A DNA stretch of 59,775 nt, the filler included, from Catajapyx aquilonaris (lineage: Eukaryota): assembly GCA_000934665.2 (NCBI GenBank). It is 2 parts of 2 records of this genome, joined end to end, with 100 filler letters (N's around TTAATTAATTAA, not from the genome) between each part and the next. Parts side by side here need not be neighbours in the genome. Positions count along the whole stretch, not along the records: positions 29,945 to 59,775 come from JYFJ02004733.1; 1 more part is not named here. One strand, 5' to 3'. A program made the position numbers and the translations under genes. Shown here piece after piece: positions 48,802 through 59,775 of the stretch. The notes under the pieces were generated by a model. That model was given only the letters and a program-made list of their open reading frames with translations. It ran no database searches and was not told where the DNA came from. The first letter of the stretch is position 1. The number at the start of each line of letters is the position of its first letter.

Positions 48802-51800
48802 TAGATCACGTCGTTGCAACTCGGGTGTCGTTACATTTGCACCTAAATTTGGAGCACATGACGCCCTGGCCTAAAACCCACCCACCGATATCACAGCCTG
48901 GACTTTGGCAAATGACTGCTCCGCCGCTCTTTTTTTGAGGTTTCAAATGAAGTAATTAATCCTGGTTAATTAGGGATGTAGGTGAGGCGGCTGTGGAAAG
49001 GGTCGGCTCATGAACCGGACTCCACATGGCCACTTTTTTTTTAGCACAAAATTTTTCCTATATTTTTTAAACGCAACTCTGGCATTGAAAGGCATTACAC
49101 AGAATTCAATACCTTCCCGATTGAAGCTTTGGCGTTTGTTTGATGCAACCTCTGGCATTAAAAGTTAACGCCCCGTGTTTATACGCCACCTCGTTTAATT
49201 AGCGGAATTATCCGGTCCCCTTTTATTTACAATGCTTTCCAGCCTATATATTTTCCATTATCATTCCTGGAGGCCCTGTTTATGTCTCCACTTGAGGGCT
49301 AGCTGTAAACCCCTCCACTCTCTTTCCTTTTGTAACCCCCCCCCCCTCCTTTTCCCCGTGCAAGCTCCTAGCACATATATACCAACCGACGACCAGAAAG
49401 AGATAAACCCCAGTGCGCGCCTTGCAATAACACTAAAGGAACGGACATAAGGGAAGTGCGGTCTAGGTAGTTCAAAACTTCTTGCAATTCCGCGGAGGAT
49501 ATTGTGGAAAAGCTGGGCAGGGTTGGAGAGATGGTAACCTCTTTCTACAGAAAAGAGGAATTTCGCGGCGAGTGGAACTCGATAAAAAAAGGTGGACCAC
49601 ATAAGAGGAAATCGGATTCGATGTCTCGAAGCAACACAGACACACACTATCTTGCAAAAAAAGGAGACAGTTCCGAAGAGGTCAAATTGTCCTCGCCACT
49701 TATCCCTAGGTGCTAACCCATGCGAAGAAAAGCTGGTCTCAGAAAAAATATCCAAATGACCTTTTTTTCTCTCTCGAACTTCTCGGCTTTTCGTTTTGTC
49801 CGAGAAAATGACTTTGACCAGATTGAGGATTGGGGAAGGGAAAAAAGAAAACATAAATAAAAGGGTATTTTATCCGTCCCTTTTCATGCTGGCCCTGGGG
49901 CAATCAGTCCCGTCTGTTGTGTTCTTGTTTCTACAAAACTCTCGGAGGAAAGGCGTCCCCTCAGATAAGTATCGACTTTTCGGCTTTGCAGAGACCGCTG
50001 TCCAGAGCCTCTTCTTTTTCTATAGGCGAAGCTATTTTCGAAGTAAATTATTTCATTTCCAGGCTTTGTCAGAGGATGATGTTACTTAGGGCCGGTTGCA
50101 CGAAAGCAGATTAGCAAAAATCTCTGGTTATGTATAGGTAATCACAAAGCATAATTGGACAAAATAGACGATTTTATTCTTAGTTTGAAGCCGACTGTAT
50201 ACGCATAATTTGCTTTCGAGCACGAGAGTACTCTAGTACAATAGTGTATGTGGGGGGGATCCGGTTTTAATGCGCACTCATAAAACATGCATCGGCCTAT
50301 CTTGATAGTCGGGGACAGGGAAATTGATTACGAATAAGCTGAGTAAATTTTCCGGTTAATGGTACGCAATGATGCTCAAAAGCTTCCAGATGTGTGCCTG
50401 CATATTGTGCCGGATAATTTAATACGCCCTCATGATGGCAGAGCTACCAAATTGAACGGATCAAACCGGATTTAGAGGCAACTAATCTCCCACTTACTAC
50501 AACATCTCTGCCACCTATCCCCCAGAGAGAGGATTTGAAAAAAAAGGACAATATTCGAGTTTATGATAGTAGGTGAAACAAAAATCGAGGACTCTAAAAA
50601 AATTCTGTAGCTGCAGCCAGACCCCCATGTTGCAGAGAGTATCTGACAACCCCTTGACATTATTCCAGTTCCAAATTGGAGTGCCTGAGGAACAAAGCCA
50701 CGCAGTCATTCTGAGAGAGCAGCAGCATCCATTTGGACCTCACGCTCAAAAAGATGTGTCCTGGTGGCGTAGCGCAATTGTCTTTCTTCATAATGAAGGT
50801 CTTTTGACGCTGCCTCCGGGTTTTAAGCCATTGCCTTCCCCTCTCCCGGGTCCCAAAGCCAGTTTCATTAAATAAACAGCCCCAAGGGAAAGCAGCGGAA
50901 TCATTCACCTTTGAAGAATCGAGGCTGCTTTTGCATCAACTTATGTACGGTACATGGTATGTCAGGAACAACAGGAAATCAGCCAACACATTTCAACCCT
51001 TCAATTTGGTTCAAGCGTATTTTCCTAATCTCTTGTATCAGCAAACAATGATATAAAATGTCTGCTGTGCTGTACCATTATGTCAAAAAATATGACCAAT
51101 ATTATCGGGACTAGGCGTCTACATTTTTTAACGGGGCAGTACAGTGTTGAGAGCGCAGAGACGAATAACAAAAAAGGGCAAAAAATTAAACAAATGAGCA
51201 TTGAAGTGGAATCGCAGTCCTGTCCCAAATTAGCGAGGATTGATCTGACACGCACATCCAATCACTCTCATTACATTCACTCGACTGCCAGCAGACCAGT
51301 ACCATGTGACAGACTGACTGTACCAGATTTCCAGTTGCCTTTTTTTATTCGGAGGGGGAGAAAAACATGGAGCGTGCATATCATGATTCCGTTTAGTGTT
51401 CCATCGATGCGTGCACACATACAAGTGTCGGCTTGGGGGCATTTGAGGAAGGCAATGGCTGACCTTGTGCTAAATCGAAACTCTTGTTGTCGAATCTGAT
51501 GGCACGGTTCGGTAATTACACCCCCTTAGCCGGCTATCACGCAAATGCCGTTGGGCACGAAATGGCTGTTTCGATGCATTTTTCATAATGTACGCGCGCT
51601 TTTTCCCTTCACAAGGCGAGTCTCGGGTTGTAAAACACGGCTTAAGCACCTCTCAAGTTCAACTACTCCCTCAGCAAGTCCTCCACATAAACTGTGATCT
51701 AACTCCCACAATCGTTAGCATGAACAATAATGAATCCGTCGACTCTCATGCGACACGACGCAGGTGTAGCGCTGGCAGCCCTCCCCCAAAAAATGTGTTG

Positions 51801-54800
51801 TGTCAAAGCATTTTGTATCATCAGAGACACAGCGTGCGATCGGCTGATCGGATTCGACGTGGGTCACATTTGCATACGGCGGTGAGTGATTAATGCCCGG
51901 ACCGCCATTGTCCGGAGCCCAGGCTGCAGGTTTATGAACGGTGATGAATATGCAGTTCAATTCTCTCCCGTCCACAATAACCAGGAGGAGCCCTGTCCTG
52001 TCCACCATTCACCCCCCAAAAAAATTCATCGTCCGAACACTCAGGGGAACTCTCTCTCTCTCTATTGTGTTGGGCCTGGAGTGAGAGAGAACTAGTTCCA
52101 AAAGCATTCGGCGGATGTTCTAAACTGCCTTTTATTGTGACTGGCAAGTCATTAAGAAGTCTGAATCACCCACGTCTCTTTTCATTTCCCTCTGTTTCGT
52201 TCCCCTTCTTTTTTTCCTTTCTTTTTCAGCTCTTTTCTTCAGTCTGTTCCACAACAAGGACGTGATTGAAAAAGTTGACAAAGTTTCTACAGGTTTCGTG
52301 ATTGCTAGGACATCGAGAAGAAGGGGCCAAAGCAAGGACACGGATAAGATGAAGGATCCATCTTGACAGGTTTCATGCAAATAATGAAGCCCGCTTTTCA
52401 GGTTCGTTTAACAAGTTGGCGAAACCTGGCAAAGACGTGGTCTTATCAATGACTGCTGGACACCACCTGTGATGTGAAAAGTTTGAAGAAATAATATATT
52501 TTTTTTGCAAAGTTAAATATGTCCACTGTCCAGCCTCTGATTCAAATGATTCTAAACATGCTAATAATTCCAACGGTAATAGTCTCCGTGTCTTGCCTAT
52601 ATGAATAATACTCTGATGTTGGTGGGGTAGAGTTGCGGCAATGTTATCACAAGTCATTCATGCAATCTCTGATGCGCCCAAGCGAACAATCAGACAGACT
52701 TTGCCTTCTGATTTTCCGGTTTCCCAATCGAACTCAGGGGCTAGATATTTCCGCAGCTCTTCGAAATTAAGTTTCTGATAGAGTTTTGGGACTGGATGTT
52801 TACAAGAGAAAACTTTCTCCTCTGAACAGAATCCCGTCGACACTGATTGTGCTAGAGAAGTCAAGGTAATATGTAATTATTTCCTCCCGAACAGAACCAA
52901 AATCGTCAGACGTGTAACTACAGAAATTTCCGATGTTAAATTTTGTACATTGAGCACCCACTTCGTACATCGGACTAAAAAAAAAAAAAAAAAGTCCAAC
53001 CGCTACATTTACATAACCGAATTTTTCATGTCCATTTGGTTCGGGGTCGTTTCGAGGCCCTGGTGCCTGGTCGCAATTTATTCCGGCCCTGACATAAAAC
53101 CGCGCATTTGGTAGCATCCGCACCAATTTTGCCGGGAGCACTATTCGCGACTATTGTTGCGTGTACTCCCCGGATTTTGATCTCATTTCGGGAGAAAGGA
53201 GGGGACAAATGCAGGACCCCGGAGTTTGTGGGCCATCTTCCAGACGCTTTCCTCCGCATCATACAAGTGTAGCGGCGGCTTGGTTGGAGGCCATTAACAG
53301 CAATCAGGTCTTTCCCTTTTACTCTCCTTCCTATTCTCCTTATTCTCCAGAGACCATCAAGTCGTTTGGCTCGCCCACCAATCTCCGAGGCTCTCTCTGG
53401 GAAAAGGCGGTCTCTCTATTCCATTTGCCAAGACCCCCCTTTTTCCACCTCCTTACCTTTTAATTTGGGAGGTCTGAACCAGTCGGCCATTCAACTCTCG
53501 CTGGACCAAATTTTTAGCTAACACTGGTCGTTTCTACTAATACTAGTGAATCCGCTGCCAATATGTGGCAAAACCTGTAATCAATATTACAGTGACAAAC
53601 ATGGCCCGCCGATTTACCACCATTCTTCACGCACAGATGGCATACTCCCTCTGCACACTCCTGCCACCCTCAAGTCGTGCGAGAGATAGAGATACTATCA
53701 TGTCGGACAAACATCGGACGGAGAGAATAACCCTATTATCAGAAATATTTTAATAATAGCTGCCTTCAAGTACAATGGGTGTTATAACAAAATATATAGC
53801 AGTAAAATATTCGCAGCTGTGGCGCACTTTCAACCTTTGGGTCAAAAATTATGGATTCAAAAATATGATGGAAGCTCGCGCTTTCCTATATAAAAAATAT
53901 GGTTAGGGGCGTGTGGTCAAGACCGGAGGATCGTCCTACTCTCAATAATCGGATTAAAAGCTATCCGCAGCTCTTTTGCTTTCCATCGGCCCAGAATGAA
54001 GTGCGACCGCGACGCATCGCCGTTCGCTTTGCCAATTATTCCCACTGCATTCAGACGTGACGGGGGACGAAATTTCCTCGTATTCATCATCACACATGCG
54101 GCCTGCGTTTCCAGGGGTCTGCCTCCGGGAAAACGGAGGAATGGCTGCTGCTGCTGCTGCCTCCCTCCCGGATATATATGTAGTTCCATGCAACCGGAAT
54201 ATATCCTCAGTCCACTTGTCGCATGCTCGGCTCAAAGGGAGGGGAAAATCCCTCCCACACTTGGACAGTGTTTGCCCCTAATGAACCGCGGTCCGGTTTG
54301 ACTCGTGGCTAAGCCCAGATTGCGATGAATTGCCACCATGAACACACTCCGTCTGTGATTATTAGCCTCCGGATCGTACCACACCATTAGCTGGAACAGT
54401 GTTGGTCATGCCACCAGATGGACATACATATAATACACCTGGGATTGTGCCACATTCTCTGGAAGTAATTTACACGGCTTCCTGCTTACAAAAGGAGTTT
54501 TGATATAATCCCGTCTTAAAGAGATCGATTTAAACACCAGTGAATCGACGGCGTCTCACGGTTCCTTCTGAGGATGTCGCCTCATTTTGGCAGACACTCC
54601 TGGCCAGCTCCGTCTGTGCGCCAAAATTCAATTGCTGGCAATCCGGTTACGACGCTGCTTTTCCTGCTTCTCCTTCCACCATCTACATCGCTTATACCTT
54701 TCCCCCTCCCGATCCTGGGATGAGCCCGGGGCCTACACCATCTCACCTCGTGCTATCCTCTCCTCCAAAGTGCCCACTTAATCCATTCCGCCTACTCCCC

Positions 54801-54937
54801 ATCAGCAGATTAGATTCCAGGCGAATGTTTCAACTAGCAGCACCGCCCGGACCGGCCTCCGGATCATAACTGGGAGGGGCCTCTCCTTGTTATTAATCCG
54901 GATGAAATACCTCATGTTCCTCTTTGCTTCTCGGCAG

Positions 54938-55074
54938 CGTCAAGACAGACATCATGGCGGAAGGAGCCATCAGCAAGCTCTACATCGCCAATGCCAACAC
55001 GCATGACTCGGGAAACTACACATGCTCCCTGGCGGACGTGGCCTCCACTAGCATTATGGTCCACGTTCTGAATG
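54938..55074 (+). CDS. dpr13: Dpr-family (dpr13-like) Ig protein, internal exon encoding the second half of Ig2
   Basis: GGCAG acceptor and G|GTAAGC donor; phase-2 join AG+C=Ser gives GGISVKTDIMAEGAISKLYIANANTHDSGNYTCSLADVASTSIMVHVLNG, containing the DxGxYxC Ig motif. Confidence 0.92.
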
Positions 55075-58000
55075 GTAAGCCTGCCATTACTTTGCTTCAA
55101 ATTTTATACACGTGTTTGTATAGAATAAGCCAACTGTAATGAATGTTAGTAAGTTTTGGAGTGCAACAAATTTTTCCCCTGAACTGTCATGGCCTCCAAA
55201 TGCCACAGCCGCCTTCTATGCAAACGCTTTTCTTCACGGAACTGATGGGACTGTTATCTCCGCAAACTTGTTTTGGTCACCAGGACCGTTAGACTGTGCC
55301 TGCAGGCTGTAGCGAATGCTAATGAGACGTAATTGCAGATTGCGAAACCACAGGTCGGACCCGAATATTTGCGTGTGTGAGAGGCAACTAGGGAAAATTT
55401 TCAAATCACGAAAAAGAATTTCCACTTAGCTGTTGCAACCCCCATTTTTTTCTCTCCTCGACCATCCCACCCCTTGCAATATGGCTTGGGTGCATAAAAG
55501 TAGGGAACGTGCAAGTACACAATGAAAGGGACTAACATGTGTTTATGGCCACACTTGCGTGTGAGATACGGTGCTATAATTCCCAGGAAATGCCTATTCC
55601 GGAAAACACCCATTCAGGAAAGTGCTCATTCCGGAACACTGTAAGACTGCTGTTCCATGAAGTTAGCATGGCCGAGATAATCTTCGCTGAATGGGATGGG
55701 TATAGGTGATAAAATCAATCGCGGGCAAAAAATTTAACATTCGGCCATTAGCCCTTCTCACTCGTCAGTTCCATTGATTAAAATTTAACGATCTGAGCTG
55801 ATACACGACACTGCTAACGATAATTCGACTGAAAATTTATGCAGTGTTCCAGGTTCCAAAGGGGAATGCGGGAATAAACAATGGATTGTTAGCTCTAACT
55901 AGTTTCAAGGCTAATTTGAGATCTTTATAAATTTATTTCTGGGGTTAATCATAATCTGAAACTTGGGACTTGGATAGTGCACCCGTTAGTATGTGTCTAA
56001 GCAGGTATGAGCACAAGAAACCTGTGTGAAAATTAATGTTGGTATCAGACCCATACGACCAAATATACGTCCTTGGATTTGATTCGAGTGTTGCCATATA
56101 GATGCTGATTATATAATGATCTTGATCAAATCGCTGGTTTGGTCGAAATCAAGTTGGATGCAGTGACTCGTCTTCCAGTTTGATTTCCTTCGAATCCTCG
56201 CACATGCTGGACTCATTTCCAAAACGCCCTAAGTGCAGGAATTATCTTCATTCAAAGTCGTTCCAGTAACGCAGCAGCCATAAGACTGCTCAGTTATGGC
56301 CAAGGGCGGCTTTTCTGCCGACTCTAAACGGAAATGAAAACCCCTGCAATTGGTTTCTAACTGTTGCTACACGACACGTCTATTCGGATTTAAGGGGGGG
56401 CGCCACTATGTGAACGGCTCCTTTCGTCCAAGAGAGAGCCATCTGGAAATGGCTCCTCTCCTAGAGAATGTCTATATCTTCCATGGTCATTATGGCCCCC
56501 CCTCCATTAAGAGTGATGCCACCGAGAAGATCTAATACACTGCCAAAAAAAGAAATGAAAGGTCGTTCAGGACGCCATCGCCAGATCGAGCCAGTGTCGC
56601 GGCCACAAAAACCGCTGATTTACTGCAGGATCATTTCTTTTGTTTTAATGCCTCCCCCCCTTCTCTTCCTGAATCGGCTTTCAGTTTACACTCATCGGAT
56701 GGCGCATACTGATGCCCATTTTTTTTAAAGCAGGCAGTCGTTGACTTAATTTATGTCTTAAATATCTGGACTCTGCAGCTGTTATGCGGATTCTAGCAAA
56801 ATTAGTTTGCCCAATTTAGCAGCTAATTCGGGACCCCTCCAAAAAATTAGGGTAGCAAATGGACAAATTTTTTGGGTCCGCGCAATGGCTGCAGTCACAG
56901 CTTCCCCATAATATTACATACGCATGCCGCAAATACGGTTTGCACCGGGGATGCAATTGGCAATAAAGTTCTAATTAAACTCAACCTGATGAACTAAATA
57001 AATCAACGTTATTTGACGCGTCAGGGGCCTATAATTTGACCAGCAAATTGATTGATTTACAGGTCTCGACGTGTATAAAAAATAGTACCGGACACTTTCG
57101 AGCAGCGGTTGAAATAGTTCATTCCATCAGCCAGTAAGAAATGAAACCTGATTCGCATTATTCCCAATGTGATGCACTATTTTCATGTTATTTTCGTATT
57201 TATTGTATTCATTCTTAGAGAAAAATTTATTTTTTGGGAGATCTTCAAGAAGTGAAGGATCAATATTTTAATTTTGCAATTTTATAAAATTTGCTGTAAA
57301 TATTAGCTGCCTTTTAAGCATGCTTCTAAGTGGCTGCTAGGTTAAACAATCACTAATGTTCCCCCCTTTGGCAGTGCTGGCATCAGAGCCCTGCAATATC
57401 ATTGAACCGCGAACAATGTCGATAATGAGCGAATGAAAAAAAAGGAAGTTTTAGCAGCTCGTCATAGGTGACAGCAAAACAGCCCGTGAATGAATGAAAC
57501 AGGGTGCTAAACCTTCACTAAAATTGCACTTGTCTGCCTTTCGAGCTCCTGCGAAAGTAGAAATAAAAAATTCGGAGGGCTCTGATACTGCTGCATTCTT
57601 TATTACCTCAGCCCCCCCAGCCGTCGGATATAGGCATGCCCTGGCCGAAATTTGCCGCATCGATAGCCCGGATTATGGAACCATTACCCTCCGTGTTATC
57701 GGCCCCCAAGTTACAGGGGCCTAACAGTTATCAACACATTTGATGCAAAATACCGAGCTGTTAAACTCCTACATGCTATCAAACCCTGCTTTTTTTCAGC
57801 ATCGGAGGGGGATGAATAGGAGGGAATCACTTTGCTGCAAATCGGCCGATTCCGATGCGTTTCCGTTTTAATCCGCCGCCCAAATGTTTGTATATTGTTA
57901 TGAGTTTCGAAGCTCGATTGAGGCCCGATGAATACTCCCGGGTCTTATCGTGCCTTACGCACACACATTGCCGCTGCAGATAGAAAAAAAGGGAGCAACG

Positions 58001-58131
58001 ATTTTTATCAGTCCCATAATCGCATCGATTCTGTGACGAGGCATGTCTGAGTAGGCTCCAGTGAATTGACAGTTTTTCGGATCAGGCTGGAACGATCTTT
58101 CCAAACTCCGGTGTAAATACTGCGCAGTGCA

Positions 58132-58205
58132 CAGGGTGTTTCATAATGATGCGCTTACCAGGTTATGAATTCATCTGATACGTACCATCATTTGAAGTCA
58201 CCCTG
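58132..58205. mobile_element. Very short mariner-type MITE (74 bp)
   Basis: CAGGGTGTTTCATAATGATG ... CATCATTTGAAGTCACCCTG|TA. Confidence 0.65.
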
Positions 58206-59775
58206 TAGGACCCGTCAGTCCTTCCTTCCACAAATCTGCGCCAGCAGGATATATACCCGCAAGATATTTGGGCATGGGCTTATCTTCAGCAGGATTTTGT
58301 TGTGGCTGGATGATTGACGGGCTTGTGAAGCGTTCAGATCGGATAAGTCTATGGGAACAGGATTATGGACTGCGTAGATTCCGCAGACAACCTGGCCTGA
58401 TCCGGACTGGGTCTAGTTTCAAGTGCTGTGTAAATGAACCCTATTTGGCGGACCCCAAGAACAGAGAGGCCTGCCAACTGCATAATTCGGAAGCAGCACA
58501 GGTTAATCGATTGTAATACGATTCTGCTTCCGTTATTAACCAGAACTTTACAAAAACCGGCTTGATTTATGACGGCCCGAACTTTGCCTCGGCGCATAAT
58601 TACAGTTCATCCAATCCCGCATTGTTTGCAGACACGAACCTTACATTAGCAGCAATAACGTCACCCTCCCACACCCCTCTCCATATTCGACACCACAATA
58701 ATGAAATGACAACGCTGGAGAAAGGCCCGCTTCCCAATTACAGAAGCCATTTGCTGCAACACCTTGATTATTACGTTGCGATTCTGATCAGCTACGTGGC
58801 ACAATATTAATATGAATAACGGTTATCAGCTGCTATCTGCTCTTATCTTTAAGAGTGCCTTCTGCTGATGGTCATTTTCAGACACTATAACACGCTATAC
58901 TACTTCAGCTCATTCTTGTCTCTATTTTAAACCCTTTGCCTCTATCTCTTCTTGTCATGGTGGAACGGAAGGGGGTGGGGGAGGTTGTCTGAGCTGAAAA
59001 GTGGCGATTTGACCCGCCCTGAAGCTCACTACAGCAAATGGGACGAGGATTCGGGGATGGAATAAAAATGAAACTAAAGGGAAAAGGCAAGGCTCCGGCG
59101 ACAAAAGTTGGGCGTGCGCTTCTGTCGCAGCTCCAACTCTCGCTTTTTTTTAGGTGGAGGAAGAGGAGGGTGACAAAACCAAAAGTGGAAACTGCGGTGG
59201 GAATATGTTGATAATGGGCCCTTCCTCGAGAGTATTTTTTTTTGTCTCAGCTGACTTCTCCAGTTCATTTAAATCGTTGACTTAAAGCTGTACGTAGTCT
59301 GGTTCAATGCTCTAATGATTTCCATCAGGAATTTTACCCACAAATTGTACTGTACAACATGCGGGTGCGATAAATGAAGTGTACTTTACCTCGCCGCTAG
59401 TATTCCACGTTTGCACAACCACGTTTCCTGGTACCGACGAGTAACACTTTGCGTCGTGAAGTGAATAGAAAAACGCGGTCTAATTTCGTCACCTGCATGC
59501 TAGTGGTCAAATGCCCCAAAATTACACCGACAGTTGATGTCAACAAACCGTATTTTATTTAATCCGAAATTTAAACTGTGCAACCGAACATTAAACGTAA
59601 ATCACGATTTTGAGCAAAAATTATGTAGGCACCCTGCCTTTTCCCTTTGGATTTGGATTCCACGTGACCCCACAATATATGGGCGTTATAACTTCAGGTG
59701 TATCATAAAACCAGGCTTATCCATAACCATAGTTAAATACATTTTTTTTCTACATATCCTGACCTCATTTCCCCC

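Noticed and set aside
55075..59775. Final dpr exon (expected GExPAAMQH-like start)
   Set aside because: Not found by eye; it probably lies beyond the window.

Overview
This is eukaryotic, most likely insect/arthropod, genomic DNA: it has spliceosomal introns, a Dpr-family Ig gene and typical animal transposons. It consists of two pieces joined by an artificial 100-bp linker at 29845-29944 (44 N, TTAATTAATTAA, 44 N). The left piece (1-29844) is a dense transposon-derived block. It opens with a run of foldback/palindromic MITEs, followed by about 14 independent, mostly broken TE coding fragments: pogo/Tigger, LINE, several CMC/EnSpm, Tc1-mariner, hAT, Sola-like, Gypsy, P-element, piggyBac and a RAG1/Transib-like transposase. 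All that I could orient lie on the minus strand, which resembles a flamenco-type unistrand piRNA cluster built mainly from DNA transposons. Inside it is an apparent two-gene element in which a spliced chromodomain gene, invisible in the ORF track, sits directly upstream of the RAG1/Transib-like transposase. The right piece (29945-59775) is mostly intron of a plus-strand dpr13-like gene, with two exons encoding one Ig domain, plus a few MITEs, microsatellites and a Chapaev remnant. All family assignments come from motif recognition by eye, with no database search. Ends of degraded fragments are approximate.
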